30,627 nucleotides of DNA, taken from IMG/VR virus record IMGVR_UViG_3300027749_000364, positions 1 to 30,627 of that record. One strand, written 5' to 3'. Below are positions 26,615 to 30,627 of the stretch, one piece after another (positions within the stretch are counted from its first letter, which is position 1; every line of letters starts with the position of its first letter). The notes beneath the pieces were generated by a model. The model was not told the origin of the DNA. It saw only the letters and a list, made by a program, of their open reading frames with translations, and made no database searches. The stretch comes from a virus. Taxonomy: Duplodnaviria; Caudoviricetes. A program made the position numbers and the translations under genes.

Positions 26615-26941
26615 TTAATATAATACTTTTTTAATTACAAATAACATATTATCTATCGAGTGACATGCTATCTTATATATTCCGTTACTATCTACTGGCT
26701 TTTCGCCTAAGTCACTATGCTTAGAAGTTTGGTATATTGCATAGGTTTTAGAATCTGTTTCTAACATTGCCATGGGATATTCATCGCAGCTTGTAATAGC
26801 TTCTATCTTATCGCAAGACTTGGCGTCTTCTTCGCATACGAAATCTGTGAATTGAACTTTCTCATTATTTAGATTCTTTTTAAAACTAGCGCAGTGCGGG
26901 CACGTTTTAAGTGTAAAAACTTTAAGCTTGTATTTCATCAT
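26615..26941 (-). CDS. glutaredoxin/thioredoxin-fold protein (CPHC)
   Basis: LKVFTLKTCPHC active site and a later YP (cis-Pro position). Confidence 0.8.
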   Translation of the reverse strand: MMKYKLKVFTLKTCPHCASFKKNLNNEKVQFTDFVCEEDAKSCDKIEAITSCDEYPMAMLETDSKTYAIYQTSKHSDLGEKPVDSNGIYKIACHSIDNMLFVIKKVLY

Positions 26942-27119
26942 CGTCTTCTATTTTATTAAAATCAGGGTCCAAATTCTTCATGGTCTCAATCCAGAATAAC
27001 TTTTGTTCATTACTCATTTGATCAAATTGCATACTAAGGTATATGTACAACCCCTGTAGCTCTTGCTCTGTTAGCTGTCTATTTTCCCCCTGTATCTCTA
27101 GTAGTTTTGATATATCCAT
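26922..27119 (-). CDS. hypothetical acidic protein (65 aa)
   Basis: Co-oriented ORF overlapping the glutaredoxin start. Confidence 0.6.
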   Translation of the reverse strand: MDISKLLEIQGENRQLTEQELQGLYIYLSMQFDQMSNEQKLFWIETMKNLDPDFNKIEDDDEIQA

Positions 27120-27214
27120 CTGTCTGCTGTTGTTTTCCCCCTGTAGTAGAAGGTTTTAAAAATAATTATTTTACCGGACAAAAAAAAATCTAAGTTTTCT
27201 GTAGTGTATTCCAT
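27098..27214 (-). CDS. possible 38-aa leaderless ORF
   Basis: MEYTTENLDFFLSGKIIIFKTFYYRGKTTADRWIYQNY. Its ATG lies 5 nt after a TATATT box, mirroring the primase start; it overlaps the next gene by 22 nt. Confidence 0.35.
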   Translation of the reverse strand: MEYTTENLDFFLSGKIIIFKTFYYRGKTTADRWIYQNY

Positions 27215-27219
27215 AATTA

Positions 27220-27281
27220 AATATAAACATTTATTTTCACATTAAAAAATATTTTTTTCTTTAAGTTATTTTTGTTATATT
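27220..27281. promoter_or_regulatory. dyad-symmetric bidirectional promoter region
   Basis: Palindrome AAAAAATATTTTTT (27244-27257) with TATATT boxes 18 nt away on each strand (minus 27225-27220, plus 27276-27281), at the point of strand divergence. Confidence 0.65.
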
Positions 27282-27287
27282 AGATTA

Positions 27288-28217
27288 ATGGAGAACGAAC
27301 AATTGGTTTTAGGTCTTTTAGAATCGGTGCTTGGAAAGGGAAAACCCGACAAGAACAAGAAAGATCACGCGTTTCATTGCCCTATTTGCAATCACAAGAA
27401 ACCAAAGTTGATCGTTAACATTTTTACCGGCCAATACAACTGTTGGACCTGCCACCCGGCTACAAAAGGCAAAACTCCCGTTTCTTTATTTAAAAAATTA
27501 GGAGTAGAGAAAGAGAGAATGGTTGAGATGAAAGGCTACTTCAAAGACGATCGTACTAAGATAGAAGACACGGAAACTACACGCGTATTTTTGCCAAAAG
27601 AATTTATTTCTATGACAGAAAACGATAAATCTTTGGAGTATCGTCGCGCCACTGTTTATCTAAAAAATAGGGGTATCAACGAATCCGATGTAAGAAAGTA
27701 CAATATTGGATATTGCAAAGAAGGTCGCTATAGAAACAGAGTTATTGTGCCTTCTTATGATAAGAATGGTCAAGTAAATTATTTTATTGCTAGATCTTTC
27801 GAAAAGGAACCGTATCAAAAGTACGACGCACCATCGGTAAACAAAACAGAAATCATAGGACTAGAATATCATATTAACTGGACAGTACCGGTTATACTTT
27901 GCGAAGGCATATTCGACGCAATCGCTATCAAAAGAAATGTTGTTCCTCTATTCGGTAAGAGCATTACAAAGGCACTGATGTTGAAACTTGTGGAATCTCA
28001 AGTAAAAACAGTATATTTGGCACTTGATAAGGACGCACTCAAAGAAGCGCTTACTTACTCTGAACAGTTGATTAATCTTGGAAAAGAAGTTTACTTAATA
28101 GAATTAGAAGGTAAAGATCCTTCAGATCTAGGATTTACGAGCATGACAGAATTATTACAAAAAGCAAAACCATTGACATTCGGAGAATTAATGCTCAGAA
28201 GAATGAAAATGAACTAA
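27288..28217 (+). CDS. DNA primase (Zn-finger + TOPRIM, DnaG/T4 gp61-like)
   Basis: CPICNH...CWTC zinc finger, YLKNRGI, RVIVP, FIARS, CEGIFDAI, LFGK, LALDKDA, KDPSD. Confidence 0.92.
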   Translation: MENEQLVLGLLESVLGKGKPDKNKKDHAFHCPICNHKKPKLIVNIFTGQYNCWTCHPATKGKTPVSLFKKLGVEKERMVEMKGYFKDDRTKIEDTETTRVFLPKEFISMTENDKSLEYRRATVYLKNRGINESDVRKYNIGYCKEGRYRNRVIVPSYDKNGQVNYFIARSFEKEPYQKYDAPSVNKTEIIGLEYHINWTVPVILCEGIFDAIAIKRNVVPLFGKSITKALMLKLVESQVKTVYLALDKDALKEALTYSEQLINLGKEVYLIELEGKDPSDLGFTSMTELLQKAKPLTFGELMLRRMKMN

Positions 28218-28221
28218 AAAG

Positions 28222-30627
28222 ATGACAAAATATTTCGACAACGTAGAGAGCCTTTCTAGGATCTTTCATATATCAGACATACACATACGAAACTTTAAGA
28301 GACACGACGAGTACAGACGAGTCTTCTCTAAACTTACCAATTACGTTGCGAACAGTTTCGACAAACAAAGCCTGATCTGTCTGACGGGCGACATAGTACA
28401 CGCGAAGACCGATGTCACTCCAGAACTTGTAAACGAGGTTCAAACATTTCTAAAAAACTTGGCAGACATCGGTCCCGTGTTACTTATTCCTGGTAATCAC
28501 GATGCTAATCTAAACAATGCACAAAGAATGGATGCGTTAACTCCAATCGTAAATGCATTAGACCACGCTAACTTACTCTACATTAAAGAGACAGAAGCTT
28601 TCAAAATTGGAGATAGAACGTTTGCCCATTGGTCTGTATTCGACGATTGCGAGAATTTTATTAAAGCAGATCAAATAGAAGAAGAGTACAAGATTGCTTT
28701 GTACCATGGACCTGTAAACGGAACTACTACTGAAGGCGGATTTGGATTATTTAATAACGACGTTGAAGTAGAAAACTTTGATGGGTTCGATATTGTTTTG
28801 TTGGGAGATATCCACAAGACACAATTCTTAAACGAAGAGAAAACTATTGGATATCCTGGATCTTTGATTCAACAAAATCATGCTGAGTCTTTGGATCACG
28901 GCCTATTTGTTTGGGATTTGGACAAAAAACAAGCCGAATACGTTAAAATAGACAACGACACGGCTTTCTATACCATCGAAGTAGAGAATGCTATTTACAA
29001 TCCATTACCAGACTCTTTGCCTCAAAATCTTTATCTAAGAGTAAAATATAAGAACACTAATCAGTCTGAAATAAAGAGCATTATTGCTGATATTAAACAG
29101 CAAAAGAATGTTATTGAAGTTTCTATGCAAAAGATAAAAGACTTCACCAACTCTTCCAACGATAATAGAAAACTTAACGTTCACGATGTTAGGGACATAG
29201 AATATCAAAATACAATATTAGCGCAATTTCTTAAGGACAAGCTCGATTTAGACGACCAAACTATTAAAGACGTTTGCGAAATCAACCGCAATATTAACAA
29301 CGCTTTACCTAAGTTGGAAGTGCCAAGAAACTCTATGTGGCTTCCAAAGACGTTCGAGTTCGAAAATATGTTTAGTTACGGTAAAGGCAATTTTGTGGAC
29401 TTTACTAACATGACGGGAACTTATGGACTGTTTGCTCCTAACGCTAGCGGAAAGTCTACACTACTCGACTCTATTACCTATTGTATCTTCGACAAATGTT
29501 CGAAGACAACAAAGTCCGCGCAAGTCATGAACAACAATTCCGACTCTTTTTCGTGCAAATTAGTCTTCGAATTAAATGGATTGGAGTATACTATATCAAG
29601 AAAGGGAAGCAAGCAAAAACTTGGTAATGTAAAGGTAAACGTTGACTTCTACTACAAAGACGAAGACGGCAATAAAGTTTCTTTGAATGGTAAAGAGCGC
29701 AACGATACGAACAAAAGCATTCAGAATTTACTTGGCAACTACGAAGACTTTATACTTACGACACTATCTACTCAGAACAATAACACTGGATTTATTGATA
29801 TGAATCAAAAGGAAAGAAAAGATTTGCTTTCGCAATTTTTGGACATCAATGTGTTCGAAGATTTGTATATTTTGGCTAATAACGAGATGCGAGAGGTAAG
29901 CGTCTTATTAAAGGAATATCAAAAGGAAGACTATCACCAATTGTTTAAGAAGGCTGAGTTCGACGAAGAGACTTTTGAGATAGCTTTAGACGAGGCGAAA
30001 GAAGAGAAGAGAAAAACAGAAGAAAAGAGAGACGAATTAAACGAGTCCATATTAAATTATACAAAGCGATTAATTCCAATAGACAAAGACATCGTAGATA
30101 TTGATGGATTGGAAGATCAAAAGTCTACTATCGAAGTGGGTATTGCAAAGATAATAAAATACATAGAGACAAATAATAGAATAATCAATCAAGTTGAGAA
30201 AGAAATAATAGAGTTAAATACACAAACAGTAAGTAATAAACTAATCAAAGACATTAACTTAGAAGATTATAGTCAGAAGTTAAAAGATTTCGATTTAGAT
30301 ACTAAACAATTAGGCGACAAAAAATTAGAATTACGTCAAGCAAACACTAATCTACAGAATAGTAGAAAGAAAATGGTCAAGTTGGCTGAGCTTAAGTACG
30401 ATCCTAATTGTAGTTTTTGTATGGACAATGTGTTTGTAAAGGATGCCATAGAAACAAAGAACTCTATAGAAGCAGAAGAGCTAGCTGTGAAAGATTTGGA
30501 AAATCAAGCAGAAACTTTAGAAGCCCAAATCAAAACGAACTCTAAAGCTGTAGAAATTAAAGCGGCCAAAGATCAATACAACAAAGATTTACAAGAATTA
30601 GAGGCACAAAAGAATAGGTTAAACGCA
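28222..30627 (+). CDS. fused Mre11/SbcD nuclease - Rad50/SbcC ATPase (T4 gp47+gp46-like), 3'-truncated by window edge
   Basis: Absent from the ORF track. Hand translation from ATG 28222 is open for 802 codons: SDIH, GDIVH, PGNHD, YHG, LGDIHK, YPGSLIQQ (metallophosphoesterase), then FENMFSYG, Walker A APNASGKST (29434-29460), coiled coil and CSFC zinc hook (30409-30420). Confidence 0.9.
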   Translation, partial: MTKYFDNVESLSRIFHISDIHIRNFKRHDEYRRVFSKLTNYVANSFDKQSLICLTGDIVHAKTDVTPELVNEVQTFLKNLADIGPVLLIPGNHDANLNNAQRMDALTPIVNALDHANLLYIKETEAFKIGDRTFAHWSVFDDCENFIKADQIEEEYKIALYHGPVNGTTTEGGFGLFNNDVEVENFDGFDIVLLGDIHKTQFLNEEKTIGYPGSLIQQNHAESLDHGLFVWDLDKKQAEYVKIDNDTAFYTIEVENAIYNPLPDSLPQNLYLRVKYKNTNQSEIKSIIADIKQQKNVIEVSMQKIKDFTNSSNDNRKLNVHDVRDIEYQNTILAQFLKDKLDLDDQTIKDVCEINRNINNALPKLEVPRNSMWLPKTFEFENMFSYGKGNFVDFTNMTGTYGLFAPNASGKSTLLDSITYCIFDKCSKTTKSAQVMNNNSDSFSCKLVFELNGLEYTISRKGSKQKLGNVKVNVDFYYKDEDGNKVSLNGKERNDTNKSIQNLLGNYEDFILTTLSTQNNNTGFIDMNQKERKDLLSQFLDINVFEDLYILANNEMREVSVLLKEYQKEDYHQLFKKAEFDEETFEIALDEAKEEKRKTEEKRDELNESILNYTKRLIPIDKDIVDIDGLEDQKSTIEVGIAKIIKYIETNNRIINQVEKEIIELNTQTVSNKLIKDINLEDYSQKLKDFDLDTKQLGDKKLELRQANTNLQNSRKKMVKLAELKYDPNCSFCMDNVFVKDAIETKNSIEAEELAVKDLENQAETLEAQIKTNSKAVEIKAAKDQYNKDLQELEAQKNRLNA

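Noticed and set aside
27098-27214. Programmed frameshift or poly-T phase variation fusing the 38-aa ORF to the 65-aa ORF
   Set aside because: Adding a base in the T9 run hits a stop before the second ORF, and there is no canonical in-frame X XXY YYZ slippery site.
1-30627. Eukaryotic, giant-virus or chromosomal eCIS/T6SS origin
   Set aside because: Intronless coupled genes with gp25/gp6/spike plus a sigma factor, a DnaG-type primase and gp46/47-like recombination functions fit a tailed phage.

Overview
This AT-rich, gene-dense window comes from a large contractile-tailed (myovirus-type) bacteriophage. Most of it (1-27214) is one minus-strand block. In transcription order it encodes small proteins, a CPHC glutaredoxin-like protein, an HD hydrolase, a membrane protein and a gp55-like sigma factor. 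A tail/baseplate module follows: a split central spike, gp25/gpW-like and gp6/gpJ-like wedges, a DNRLRE-like protein, a gpI/gp7-like protein and tail-collar-like proteins. The block ends in a cluster of four mucin-like Ser/Thr/Pro hexapeptide-repeat proteins interleaved with two GT60-like (Skp1/mucin alpha-GlcNAc-transferase type) glycosyltransferases, one truncated at the window edge. A dyad-symmetric divergent promoter region (27215-27287) separates this block from a plus-strand DNA primase and a fused Mre11-Rad50 (SbcD-SbcC) gene that runs off the window. The main candidate new system is phage-encoded mucin-type O-glycosylation of virion fibres. The four stalks roughly double in length from gene to gene, each ends in a Cys-containing head, and a [ST]GS motif is enriched in the neighbouring structural proteins. 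All family assignments come from motif recognition by eye; no searches were run, and counts are hand counts.
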